Positions 36,588 through 45,805 of a stretch of DNA of 64,000 nucleotides are shown here, one piece after another. How positions within the stretch are numbered: position 1 is the stretch's first letter; each line of letters starts with the position of its first letter. Below the pieces are notes generated by a model that saw only the letters and a list, made by a program, of their open reading frames with translations, ran no database searches and was not told the origin of the DNA. A program made the position numbers and the translations under genes. The stretch is from the NCBI GenBank assembly GCA_037442105.1, contig JBBIQV010000004.1:1-64000 (forward strand), read 5' to 3'. The stretch comes from Nitrospiraceae bacterium (lineage in GTDB: Bacteria > Nitrospirota > Nitrospiria > Nitrospirales > Nitrospiraceae).

Positions 36588-37109
36588 ATGCGCATTCGAA
36601 TTACCGGACTCAACATTGATGTAACTCCCGCGCTCAGGCGGTATGTCGAAACGAGATTGAATCGACTGGATCGGTATGGGCTGAAGGTAGGCGATTCGCA
36701 GGTGCTGCTGCGAGTGCAGAAGTTTCGCCACACGGCTGAAGGGATCTGTGCGCTGAACGGCCGAATCGTACAGGCCAAAGCCTCGACCGATGAAATGTAT
36801 TCGGCGATTGATGAGTTGGTCGACCGGATTGCCGCGCAAGTTCGGAAGCGCAAGGAACGGCTGGTAAGTCACAAGCCGAAGGCCGGCAAGCGGCTCCGGG
36901 CACCACTCCGTGAAAGAGTCTCCCTTGAGGAAGAGGAAGTGGAGGTCAATCGTCCAACGCTTCTCACGCTGAGGTTAGAGGATGCCCGTCGGCGGTTGGC
37001 TGGCGAGTCCTCGTCGTTTCTCGTGTTTATCAACGCGGTATCGGGAAAAGTGCAAGTGCTCCGTAGGGTAGCTGATGGGAAGCTGGAGTTAATTGATCCC
37101 CAATCGTAA
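36588..37109 (+). CDS. hpf: Ribosome hibernation promoting factor (long HPF/RaiA family)
   Basis: ITGLNIDVTPALRRYV, MYSAID; downstream of rpoN; SD AGGAGG. Confidence 0.9.
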   Translation: MRIRITGLNIDVTPALRRYVETRLNRLDRYGLKVGDSQVLLRVQKFRHTAEGICALNGRIVQAKASTDEMYSAIDELVDRIAAQVRKRKERLVSHKPKAGKRLRAPLRERVSLEEEEVEVNRPTLLTLRLEDARRRLAGESSSFLVFINAVSGKVQVLRRVADGKLELIDPQS

Positions 37110-37125
37110 GCGGTAGGGGCGAGGC

Positions 37126-37992
37126 ATGGCGGGTCTCAATCTTGTATTCATTAGCGGACTCTCAGGGTCAGGGAAAAGCCACGCGCTCAAGTATTTCGAG
37201 GATGCCGGGTACTTTTGTATCGACAATCTCCCACCCGCCTTACTGTTGACCTTTGTAGATCTATGTAACCAACAGAATAGTGAGATCAGAAACGTGGCGC
37301 TCGGTATCGATATCCGAGAACGCATGTTCTTTACGGATCTTATCGGGATCCTTGACCGTCTGAAGGCTCTCGGACATTCGGTCGAACTGCTCTTCTTGGA
37401 GGCCGGAGAAGAGGTTCTGGTTCGGCGTTTCTCAGAATCTCGGCGGCCTCATCCACTTCTGCCCAATTTGCCGTTGCTCGAAGGCGTCCGGCTGGAACGT
37501 GAGCGGTTAGCGGAACTGCGACGCTATGCTGACCGTATCATCGATACGTCCGACTTGAACATACATGAACTGCGAGAGCTGCTGGGGAGGCAGTTTGCTC
37601 GACAGAACCAGCCGCGGCGTCTTACCATCTCGCTCCTGTCGTTTGGTTACAAATTCGGAGTGCCGTACGACGTCGATCTTCTCTTCGACGTGAGGTTCCT
37701 GAGAAACCCCTTCTTTGTGCCTGATCTCAAACCCCTGAGCGGTCTGGATCCTCGTGTTCGAGCCTATGTCCTTGATGATCCTGAGGCGACGAATTTTCTC
37801 GGACTGCTGGAAGGACTGTTTAAATTTCTCATCCCCTTGTTTGAGCGAGAACAACGCAGCTACCTAACCATCGCCATCGGATGCACCGGAGGACGTCACC
37901 GGTCCGTTTCAATTGCGGCACGGCTCCAGGAAAGCTTTTCTGCGCTGGGATACAAGGCGTCGTTAACCCACCGGGACTTATACAAGTCATAA
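37126..37992 (+). CDS. rapZ: RNase adaptor RapZ/YvcJ family P-loop protein
   Basis: GLSGSGKS, DNLPP, SFGYKFG, DVRFLRNP, GCTGGRHRSV. Confidence 0.96.
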   Translation: MAGLNLVFISGLSGSGKSHALKYFEDAGYFCIDNLPPALLLTFVDLCNQQNSEIRNVALGIDIRERMFFTDLIGILDRLKALGHSVELLFLEAGEEVLVRRFSESRRPHPLLPNLPLLEGVRLERERLAELRRYADRIIDTSDLNIHELRELLGRQFARQNQPRRLTISLLSFGYKFGVPYDVDLLFDVRFLRNPFFVPDLKPLSGLDPRVRAYVLDDPEATNFLGLLEGLFKFLIPLFEREQRSYLTIAIGCTGGRHRSVSIAARLQESFSALGYKASLTHRDLYKS

Positions 37993-38041
37993 GAAGTTCG
38001 GTTCTATCTCCTGCCTCATTCAGAAGCGCTTGGGCAATTTC

Positions 38042-38075
38042 TTGACAGCTAGAGCATATTGACTATACTTAGTCA
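38042..38075 (+). promoter_or_regulatory. Sigma70-type promoter with palindromic operator over -10
   Basis: TTGACA (38042-47), 16 nt, TATACT (38064-69); TGACTA-TACT-TAGTCA inverted repeat at 38060-38075. Confidence 0.65.
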
Positions 38076-38118
38076 TGTACCTCATAGGCCAAATGCAGAT
38101 CGAGTATTTGAGCGCTCC

Positions 38119-38331
38119 GTGAGTAAGGTCAAACGTTCCTCCCCCAAAAAGTGGTTCAAGACTAACCAAGTGTGCGACTTGTTTGACATTTCGCGCGCCA
38201 CCTTATTCAGATGGGAGCGAGAGGGACTCATCTCCGGTCCGCCGCGGGACTGGCGGAACTGGCGGCTGTATACGGCTGAGAACGTCAACGAGATCAAGAG
38301 AATTATGAGGGCTCGAAAAGCGGTGATGTGA
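38119..38331 (+). CDS. Small MerR-type/excisionase-like HTH DNA-binding protein
   Basis: TNQVCDLFDISRATLFRWEREGLI..PRDWRNWRLY matches MerR HTH pattern; start inferred. Confidence 0.8.
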   Translation: MSKVKRSSPKKWFKTNQVCDLFDISRATLFRWEREGLISGPPRDWRNWRLYTAENVNEIKRIMRARKAVM

Positions 38332-38352
38332 GCTGTTGCGGAGGGGGAGCTT

Positions 38353-39453
38353 ATGTTGGCTGCTGTGAAAGGATTGATCGAGAAAGACGTCTTCTCCCTC
38401 TTCTCGCCTAAGCGCCAACTGCTCGGACTCGACATCGGATCGAGTGGGATCAAGTTGGTTCAACTGAGGGAGAGCAAAGGACGCTATTTCCTGCAAAAGT
38501 TTGCCGTGAAACCCCTTGAACCCGAGGTTATTGTCGACGGGACGGTGATGGATGAGGGGAGGGTCGTGAGCGCGATTCAAGAGCTGATAGAAACGACGGA
38601 TGTCAGATTGAAGCAAGTCGCCATCTCCATCTCAGGGCATGCTGTGATCATTAAAAAGATCAGCTTGCCTCCAATGCCCGATGAAGAACTCGAAGCGCAA
38701 GTCAAGCTCGCGGCGGAGCAGTATATTCCGTTCGACATCAACGAAGTGAATATCGACTTTCACGTCGTGAATTCAAGCGAAGCGGTGGGCGATGCGGAAC
38801 CCGATATGTCGGTGATCCTCGTCGCAGCCAAGAAAGACAAGATCAACGACCTCACCGAGTTGGTCAGGGGAGCCGGGTTGGTGCCCGTGGTTTTGGACGT
38901 GGATGCTTTCGCCATCGAAAACATGCACGCCATTAACTACCCTGTCGTCCAAGATGACACGACGACGCTGGTCAATATCGGTGCGAGTGTGATGAACGTG
39001 AATATCGTCAAGGCAGGCACATCGCTGTTCACCCGTGATATTCCGTTGGGAGGCAATCGCTATACAGAGGCGATTCAGCGCGAAATGGGATTGTCTTATG
39101 AGGAGGCGGAAGCAGCCAAGAAAGGCGAGCGAGAGACCCGCGATGCGTTGGCGCCGGTGCTCGATAGCGTGAATGCGGAGGTGGCCTCGGAAATCGCCCG
39201 GACGATCGATTACTTTAAGTCGACCGCATCTGCCGTTGAAGTGGATCGGGTTCTCTTATGCGGCGGAGGTGCCAAAGTGAACGGGTTGATGCAGCAGTTG
39301 CGGGATCGCATGCATGTGGCTGTGGAAATCGCAAACCCCTTTAATGAAATCGACACCACGATGTCCGATCTTGACCCTGATCTGCTCGCAGATCTGGCTC
39401 CTCTGGCAGGGGTAGGGGTTGGTCTGGCTCTGAGGACGGTAGGTGACCGATGA
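38353..39453 (+). CDS. pilM: Type IV pilus assembly protein PilM
   Basis: GLDIGSSGIK actin-like fold, AEQYIPF, LCGGGA, GLALR. Confidence 0.96.
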   Translation: MLAAVKGLIEKDVFSLFSPKRQLLGLDIGSSGIKLVQLRESKGRYFLQKFAVKPLEPEVIVDGTVMDEGRVVSAIQELIETTDVRLKQVAISISGHAVIIKKISLPPMPDEELEAQVKLAAEQYIPFDINEVNIDFHVVNSSEAVGDAEPDMSVILVAAKKDKINDLTELVRGAGLVPVVLDVDAFAIENMHAINYPVVQDDTTTLVNIGASVMNVNIVKAGTSLFTRDIPLGGNRYTEAIQREMGLSYEEAEAAKKGERETRDALAPVLDSVNAEVASEIARTIDYFKSTASAVEVDRVLLCGGGAKVNGLMQQLRDRMHVAVEIANPFNEIDTTMSDLDPDLLADLAPLAGVGVGLALRTVGDR

Positions 39454-40001
39454 TCAGGATCAACCTACTACCGGGGCCACGCGGGAAGCAGGCTAAACCG
39501 CAATGGGATGTCAGAGCGGAGGCTCTTCTCGGCGCGGGACTCATCATCATTACCTTGGCTGGATGTTGGTGGTACTCGGAATCGCTCGACTCCGATATCG
39601 AAGCTCGCCAGACTGACAAGCAGGACAAGGAACGGCAAGTTGCGTTACTCAAGGAGCAGGTTAAGCAAGTCCAAGATTTCGAGCAAAAAAAGAAGTTGCT
39701 TGAAGACAAAAACCGGATCATCGATCAGTTGGAGAAATCCCGTTCAGGGCCCGTGCATGTGTTGGATTATGTGAGCCAGAGTCTCGACCCGCTGAAGCTG
39801 TGGTTGGTGGGGCTGGCCATAAAAGGAAGCAATGTGGAATTGGACGGGCGGGCTCTTACCAACGATGATGTTGTAGATTTTGTCAACAACCTTCGTCGGA
39901 CCGACTACTTCTCGAGTATCCAATTGATCGAGAGTCGATCAGTGTCGGAGAGCAAGGCCAGCGTGTACCAGTTTAAGCTCGGGCTGGTTCTGAAAGGATA
40001 A
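39450..40001 (+). CDS. pilN: Type IV pilus assembly protein PilN
   Basis: MIRINLLP motif, TM, coiled coil. Confidence 0.95.
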   Translation: MIRINLLPGPRGKQAKPQWDVRAEALLGAGLIIITLAGCWWYSESLDSDIEARQTDKQDKERQVALLKEQVKQVQDFEQKKKLLEDKNRIIDQLEKSRSGPVHVLDYVSQSLDPLKLWLVGLAIKGSNVELDGRALTNDDVVDFVNNLRRTDYFSSIQLIESRSVSESKASVYQFKLGLVLKG

Positions 40002-40002
40002 C

Positions 40003-40626
40003 ATGAAGCTTCCAGTGATCAGCTTCGAGTTTTTGCGGAATGTTCCTGCTGCTCAGAAGGTAGCGCTCTTGGGCCTCCTCATAGCCGGGATCGGAGTCGG
40101 CTTTTATTATCTCGTTGTCCAACCGAAAACCGAAGTGCTCGATCAACTCCAGGTCGAGATCGGTAAGTTGGACACCGACATTCAGGCCTTGACCATTAAG
40201 GTCAAGCATCTCGACGAGCTGATCGCGGCTTCGAAACAATTGGAAATCGATCTTGCCAAGAAGAAAGAGCGACTTCCGCCTGAGGAAGAAGCGGTGATGT
40301 TGCTGAAGCAACTATCGGATCTCGGTATTCGCCTTGGTCTCGATATCAAACTGTGGAAGCCGGGGGCTCAGGCTGAAGATCCCTCCAAGCTGTTCGTCAA
40401 AATGCCGGTCAATGTCGAAGTGGCGGGGAGCTATCACACGGCGGCGCTCTTCTTCGATCGGATCAACAAATTGCCTCGAATCGTCAATGTATCGGATTTG
40501 AAAATCGGGGCTCCGAAAATCGATCAGGGGAGAGTTGTGACACAAACCGTGTTTGATCTTGTGGCTTATGCCGCACCGAAGGAGATGCCGAAGGCGGGAC
40601 CGCCGACGAATACGGCGAAGAAGTGA
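40003..40626 (+). CDS. pilO: Type IV pilus assembly protein PilO
   Basis: TM, coiled coil, LP..EE, GSYH..FF..I.KLPRIVNV. Confidence 0.95.
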   Translation: MKLPVISFEFLRNVPAAQKVALLGLLIAGIGVGFYYLVVQPKTEVLDQLQVEIGKLDTDIQALTIKVKHLDELIAASKQLEIDLAKKKERLPPEEEAVMLLKQLSDLGIRLGLDIKLWKPGAQAEDPSKLFVKMPVNVEVAGSYHTAALFFDRINKLPRIVNVSDLKIGAPKIDQGRVVTQTVFDLVAYAAPKEMPKAGPPTNTAKK

Positions 40627-40636
40627 GGCACGCGAG

Positions 40637-41266
40637 ATGGCGTCCATGAAGAGTCTAACCGAAAGTCTCCTACTCGGAAGCACGAGCTGTCTTATCGCGC
40701 TCTCGGCTACCTGTTGGGATGTGGCGCAGGCGCAACGAAGTACTCCGGTCGGGCATACGGGACAGATTAGTCCGATGAGGCCCGACTCCTTGAAGGTTAC
40801 GCCGATTACCGATCTCCCTCGGCAAGCTCCCGAAGCGCTGGCGGCGCCGGCAAGCCTTCCGCAGCCCGGCGTTCCTCAACTCGAGAGCGACGGGGCGGTT
40901 GGTCAGGGAGGAGGATTCACGTACGATCCAGCAGGGCGTCGGGATCCATTTGCTCCGATTCTGCAACCGGGTGCGGAGAGCGGAAAACCTGACGCGAGTT
41001 TGCCCCCACTGCAGCAGGTCGGCCTCTCGGAATTGAACCTCATCGGTATTGTGTGGGGAGCCTACGGATATACCGCACTGATCCAGACGCCTGATGGCAA
41101 GGGCTATACGGTCCGTCGGGGGACCCGCATTGGGATGAATAACGGAGTTGTCAGCGCGGTAACGGAGCGAGGCATTATCGTACAGGAGCGGTTTACCGAC
41201 ATCTACGGGAAGAAGCAGGAGCGAGAGCATGTCAAGCTTCTCCATGCCAAAGAGGGATCCGAATGA
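40637..41266 (+). CDS. pilP: Type IV pilus assembly protein PilP
   Basis: YDPAGRRDPF, PLQ..L.L.GI, PDGKGY.V..G..IG.N.G. Confidence 0.92.
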   Translation: MASMKSLTESLLLGSTSCLIALSATCWDVAQAQRSTPVGHTGQISPMRPDSLKVTPITDLPRQAPEALAAPASLPQPGVPQLESDGAVGQGGGFTYDPAGRRDPFAPILQPGAESGKPDASLPPLQQVGLSELNLIGIVWGAYGYTALIQTPDGKGYTVRRGTRIGMNNGVVSAVTERGIIVQERFTDIYGKKQEREHVKLLHAKEGSE

Positions 41267-43290
41267 CACCCACACATCAACACCTGAAGATTTGGGTTTC
41301 CATGCTCGCCTTCATATCAGCCGGAAGCTTCTCTCCGGTCGTCGGCCACTCGGCTGCAGGAGGACAGGCTGTAGCGGAGGCGGCCGGTGATCTCACCGAA
41401 GGGCAGATTGGCGATTCTGGACGAACGGGTGTTGGCCGGTACGACGGTGAAACAGGTGGCTCTCAGCCGGCCGTTAGCGGCGATGGGACAGCGAGCCGCT
41501 CAACGCGAATGCTGACGAAGATCGAAGTGAACCGAAATGACGACAGTGCAGTCGTGCATCTCTTCGGGGACGGCCAATTCAACTATCGGGCACAACTGAT
41601 TGGTGACCGGCGTCTCGCCGTCGATCTCATCAACGCGACGTCGACAATCCGTGAATCGGTCTTACCAGTGGGGCATAGCCGGTTGAGTCGCATTCGAGTC
41701 GGCTATCATGCTGATAAGGTACGGCTGGTGTTCGATCTGCCCGGTCCGAGCACCTATACCGTTCAGGAGGACAACGATCGCCTTGCAATCACCCTCGCGG
41801 CTCAGACGGCACGGGAAGCCGAGAAGACGGCCCGCGTCGCGCAGGTGGATAGTGTGCCTGTCGATATGTCACGACTCAACGAGTCGGAGTCCCTGCCGTC
41901 CGATCAGGTGCGCGAGAAGCCCCCAATCAAGCATGCGCAGTTGACGGCTCGCACGGCGGCCGGGAAGATCAAACCCCGATTAGTTCAGATGGCCATCGAA
42001 GAGGAAAAAGACGACCGTGAACCTGACGTTGTGACGGGTCAGAAGCGCTTTGTCGGTCGACGAATCTCGCTCGATTTCCAGCAGGCGGATATCACCAATA
42101 TCCTGCGCCTCATCGCGGAGGTAAGCGGGTTCAACATCGTCGTGGGAGAGTCGGTCAAGGCCAAAGTTACGATGAAGCTGGTAAGCGTGCCCTGGGACCA
42201 GGCGTTGGACATGCTGCTCAGGATGAATAATCTGGGCATGATTAAGCAGGGCAACATCGTGTGGGTGGATAGCCTGGCGAATATTTCGAGGCAACAGGAA
42301 GAAGAAGCGAAAGCGAAAGAGTCCAAAGTCAAGGCGGAGGAACTGGTCACACGCGTGCTCTACTTGCGGAATACCAATGCGCAGGAAGCAATGACCACGC
42401 TGCGCCAATACCTCAGCCCCAGGGGCGTGATGAACTTCGCCCAAGCCACCAACTCGCTGATCATCCGAGATGCAGAGTCAAAGATGGCCACGCTCAAGCA
42501 GTTGGTTGACAGCATTGATCTCGAGGTGCCTCAGGTTCAGATCGAAGCGCGGATCGTTCAGGCCGATACGACCTATTCGCGCGCTCTTGGGGTGCAATGG
42601 GGTATCCAGAACGTCAACACGATGGGTTCGGCTCAGGGCGTGGCGAATTTCAAGAGTGGCAGTACCGGCACCTTCGGCAATCAGACCTCGGATTTTCTTG
42701 TGAATTTGCCTGCCGCGGTGAGCGGTTTGACGAGCATCCCGGCGGCAGGGTTCACATTCGGGAAAACGGATGGGGCTCTTCTCGATATCAGATTGTCCGC
42801 TGGAGAGCTCTTGGGTCTTTCGAAGGTCATCGCCGCTCCAAAAATTACGACGCTGGACAAGAGGGATGCGAAGATCTCCCAGGGCGAATCGATCCCGTTC
42901 CAGACGATCTCGCTCCAGGGCACTCAGACCACCTTCGTGGATGCCAATCTCGAGTTGAACGTGACGCCGCAGATTACCTCGCGCGATCCGAAGGAAGTGG
43001 GCAAACAGATTATTCTCAAGGTCCGGGCGACGAGGAATGCCGTCGGCGCGCGCAGCAATCCCGCCGGACCAAGCATCGACCGGCGTGAGGCTACCACGCA
43101 GGTATTGGTGCGCGATGGGGAAACGATGGTGATCGGCGGTGTCTTCATCGATACGCAAAGCAATACTGTCACAGGTGTGCCGTATCTCTCCAGAATCCCC
43201 GTCCTCGGCTGGTTGTTTAAGAGCAAGAAAGAGGATGTCGCAAAGCAGGAGCTGCTGATCTTCTTGACACCGAGCATCGTCAAGAGTTAA
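41263..43290 (+). CDS. pilQ: Type IV pilus secretin PilQ (AMIN, STN, secretin domains)
   Basis: ISLDFQQADI, VPWDQALD, QVQIEARIV, GVPYLSRIPVLGWLFK. Confidence 0.97.
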   Translation: MTPTHQHLKIWVSMLAFISAGSFSPVVGHSAAGGQAVAEAAGDLTEGQIGDSGRTGVGRYDGETGGSQPAVSGDGTASRSTRMLTKIEVNRNDDSAVVHLFGDGQFNYRAQLIGDRRLAVDLINATSTIRESVLPVGHSRLSRIRVGYHADKVRLVFDLPGPSTYTVQEDNDRLAITLAAQTAREAEKTARVAQVDSVPVDMSRLNESESLPSDQVREKPPIKHAQLTARTAAGKIKPRLVQMAIEEEKDDREPDVVTGQKRFVGRRISLDFQQADITNILRLIAEVSGFNIVVGESVKAKVTMKLVSVPWDQALDMLLRMNNLGMIKQGNIVWVDSLANISRQQEEEAKAKESKVKAEELVTRVLYLRNTNAQEAMTTLRQYLSPRGVMNFAQATNSLIIRDAESKMATLKQLVDSIDLEVPQVQIEARIVQADTTYSRALGVQWGIQNVNTMGSAQGVANFKSGSTGTFGNQTSDFLVNLPAAVSGLTSIPAAGFTFGKTDGALLDIRLSAGELLGLSKVIAAPKITTLDKRDAKISQGESIPFQTISLQGTQTTFVDANLELNVTPQITSRDPKEVGKQIILKVRATRNAVGARSNPAGPSIDRREATTQVLVRDGETMVIGGVFIDTQSNTVTGVPYLSRIPVLGWLFKSKKEDVAKQELLIFLTPSIVKS

Positions 43291-43304
43291 TAAACGCCCC
43301 CAGG

Positions 43305-44465
43305 ATGTTGCGTTATTTGAATGGGGGCGAGTCCCACGGGAAGTATCTCATCGCTGTCCTCGAAGGCGTTCCTGCCGGTCTCCCGCTAACCGCCGACATG
43401 ATCAATCAGGATTTGGCCCGCCGCCAAAAGGGGTACGGGCGCGGCGGCCGTATGCGCGTCGAAGAAGACCGCATCGAGTTTGCCTGCGGTGTCCGGAAGG
43501 GGCAAACCATCGGCAACCCACTGGGACTACTGATTGCGAACAAGGATTGGGATAATTGGAAGGAAGTCATGGCGTCGGAACCCGGCCCGGTGCCGACGGA
43601 GAAGGTCGTTACAAGGCCGCGGCCTGGTCATGCCGATTTAGTCGGCGCAATCAAGTACGGGCATCGGGACATCCGCAATGTGCTGGAAAAGGCCAGCGCC
43701 CGTGAGACGGCGATTCGCGTGGCCATCGGCGGGGTAGCCAAGGCGCTGCTCGGTCACTTCGGGATGCGCGTCATCAGCTATACGGTCGAAATTGGTGGCG
43801 TCGTTGCCAAGCGTTGCGATCATCCAGTCGAGTCCTATGAGCGGGCGGAATTGTCTGAAGTCCGGTCACCGGATTCGGAGGCTGGTGTCAAGATGATCGA
43901 GCAGATCAGAACGGCCAAGCACCGTGGCGATACGCTTGGGGGGGTCTTCGAGGTCGTCGTGACGAATCCGCCGATCGGGCTGGGTACCTATGCTCAGTGG
44001 GATCGGCGGCTGAGCGCGCGGCTGGCGATGGCGGCCATGAGCATCCAGGCCATGAAGGGAGTCGAAATCGGGATGGGCTTCGAATCAGCCCGCCGTTTCG
44101 GCTCGGAAGTTCACGACGAGATTTATTACGATCAGACCGGCCGCGAATTTCTCCGCCACACGAACAATGCCGGAGGCCTTGAAGGCGGGATTACGAACGG
44201 CCAACCGATCGTCATGCGGGTGGCTATGAAGCCGATCTCGACGCTGTACAGCCCGAAGATGAGCGTGGATATCCGGACGAAAGAACCGTTCGAGGCGACC
44301 GTTGAGCGGTCGGATATCTGTACGGTTCCGGCGGCTGGCGTGGTCGGCGAGGCCGTGGTGGCCTACGAGATGGCGAACGCGATGATTGAGAAATTCGGAG
44401 GCGATAGCCTGGAGGAAATGAAACGCAACTACGATGCTTATATGGCCTATGTGAGATCCTTTTAG
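43305..44465 (+). CDS. aroC: Chorismate synthase
   Basis: GESHG, RPGHAD, SARETA, NNAGGLEGGITNG, MKPIST. Confidence 0.98.
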   Translation: MLRYLNGGESHGKYLIAVLEGVPAGLPLTADMINQDLARRQKGYGRGGRMRVEEDRIEFACGVRKGQTIGNPLGLLIANKDWDNWKEVMASEPGPVPTEKVVTRPRPGHADLVGAIKYGHRDIRNVLEKASARETAIRVAIGGVAKALLGHFGMRVISYTVEIGGVVAKRCDHPVESYERAELSEVRSPDSEAGVKMIEQIRTAKHRGDTLGGVFEVVVTNPPIGLGTYAQWDRRLSARLAMAAMSIQAMKGVEIGMGFESARRFGSEVHDEIYYDQTGREFLRHTNNAGGLEGGITNGQPIVMRVAMKPISTLYSPKMSVDIRTKEPFEATVERSDICTVPAAGVVGEAVVAYEMANAMIEKFGGDSLEEMKRNYDAYMAYVRSF

Positions 44466-44601
44466 TTTCCACAAGGCTGTGCTACCATTCTTCCCGCTTG
44501 AGCCTGCTTTTCCTGCTCCGACCTCCGACGGAATTGGTCGACCGGTGATTCGCCAGTGTCGCAGCCCTTCTCTCACCGGGGAACAGCGCGTTTCAAAGAC
44601 G

Positions 44602-45759
44602 ATGGGTTCGATAGCCCAACAAACTGTTACGGTTTCGCTCGGTGACCGAAGCTACGACATTGTCATCCGCCCCGGACTTGTGCGGGAAGTCGGGTCGGCT
44701 CTATTAGGACTCGGGCTCAAGGGGAAGGCCGCAGTTGTTACAGATCGCCATCTTGCCAAGCATTACCTAGATCTAGTCGCGCGATCGCTTCGGGGAGCCG
44801 GGTTTGAAACCGTGCCGGTCGTTCTTCCCCCAGGGGAACCAACGAAAACGCTCGCATCTACGGCGAAGATTCTGGATGTCTTAGCCGCTCATCGATTCGA
44901 GCGAACATCGGTTCTCGTGGCGTTGGGCGGGGGAGTGATCGGCGATCTCACCGGATTTGCCGCAGCCGTCTATCAGCGAGGAATTCCGTTTGTCCAAGTG
45001 CCGACCTCCTTGGTTGCGCAGGTGGATTCGAGCGTCGGAGGAAAGACGGGCGTCGATCACCGTCTTGGTAAGAATCTGATCGGCGCATTTTATCAGCCGC
45101 GAGTGGTCTTGGTAGATCCGGACACTCTGCGGACGTTACCCGTGCGGGAATGGATCGCTGGCTTGGCGGAGGTCATCAAGTATGGGATCATAGCGGACGA
45201 GGGATTCTTCCAATTTTTGGAAAAGGAGATGCCGGCGCTGCTGAAACTTCAAGAGATGCCGGTCACCTACATCATTAAACGCTCGTGCGAAATCAAGGCG
45301 CAAGTGGTGGCGGAGGATGAGCGAGAGGCCGACCGGCGGCGCATCCTGAATTACGGGCACACCATCGGTCACGCACTGGAAGCGATCGGGGGGTATCGCT
45401 CTCTCATTCATGGAGAGGCGGTCGGTATCGGGCTCGTGCACGAAGCCGATCTGGCTCGGTATCAGGGGATCTGTTCCGAAGATGTGGTGCAGCGTATTCG
45501 AGCACTGGTACGGGTGGCGGGACTGCCGGATGAGTTGCCTTGCGCCACGTTCGGCCAGCTATGGAATGCGATGCTGCATGACAAGAAGGTGGCGCAGGGG
45601 CGCGTGCATGGCGTGTGGCCGCAGCGAGTCGGTCAGGTCGTGATTGCCCCGCTGGCGCGCACGGTATGTCGGGACTGGTTCCGTAGCCGGAAGAAATCGG
45701 AAAAGACAAGACGACGCGGGCTGGCGCGTGCGCCCTCCCACAACACAGGGCAAGCCTGA
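44602..45759 (+). CDS. aroB: 3-dehydroquinate synthase
   Basis: GGGVIGDLTGF, VDSSVGGKTG, LNYGHTIGHALE. Confidence 0.98.
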   Translation: MGSIAQQTVTVSLGDRSYDIVIRPGLVREVGSALLGLGLKGKAAVVTDRHLAKHYLDLVARSLRGAGFETVPVVLPPGEPTKTLASTAKILDVLAAHRFERTSVLVALGGGVIGDLTGFAAAVYQRGIPFVQVPTSLVAQVDSSVGGKTGVDHRLGKNLIGAFYQPRVVLVDPDTLRTLPVREWIAGLAEVIKYGIIADEGFFQFLEKEMPALLKLQEMPVTYIIKRSCEIKAQVVAEDEREADRRRILNYGHTIGHALEAIGGYRSLIHGEAVGIGLVHEADLARYQGICSEDVVQRIRALVRVAGLPDELPCATFGQLWNAMLHDKKVAQGRVHGVWPQRVGQVVIAPLARTVCRDWFRSRKKSEKTRRRGLARAPSHNTGQA

Positions 45760-45805
45760 CGTCTCGAGAGGACAGATTCGCACGCCGTCAGGACGGCAGG
45801 AATTC

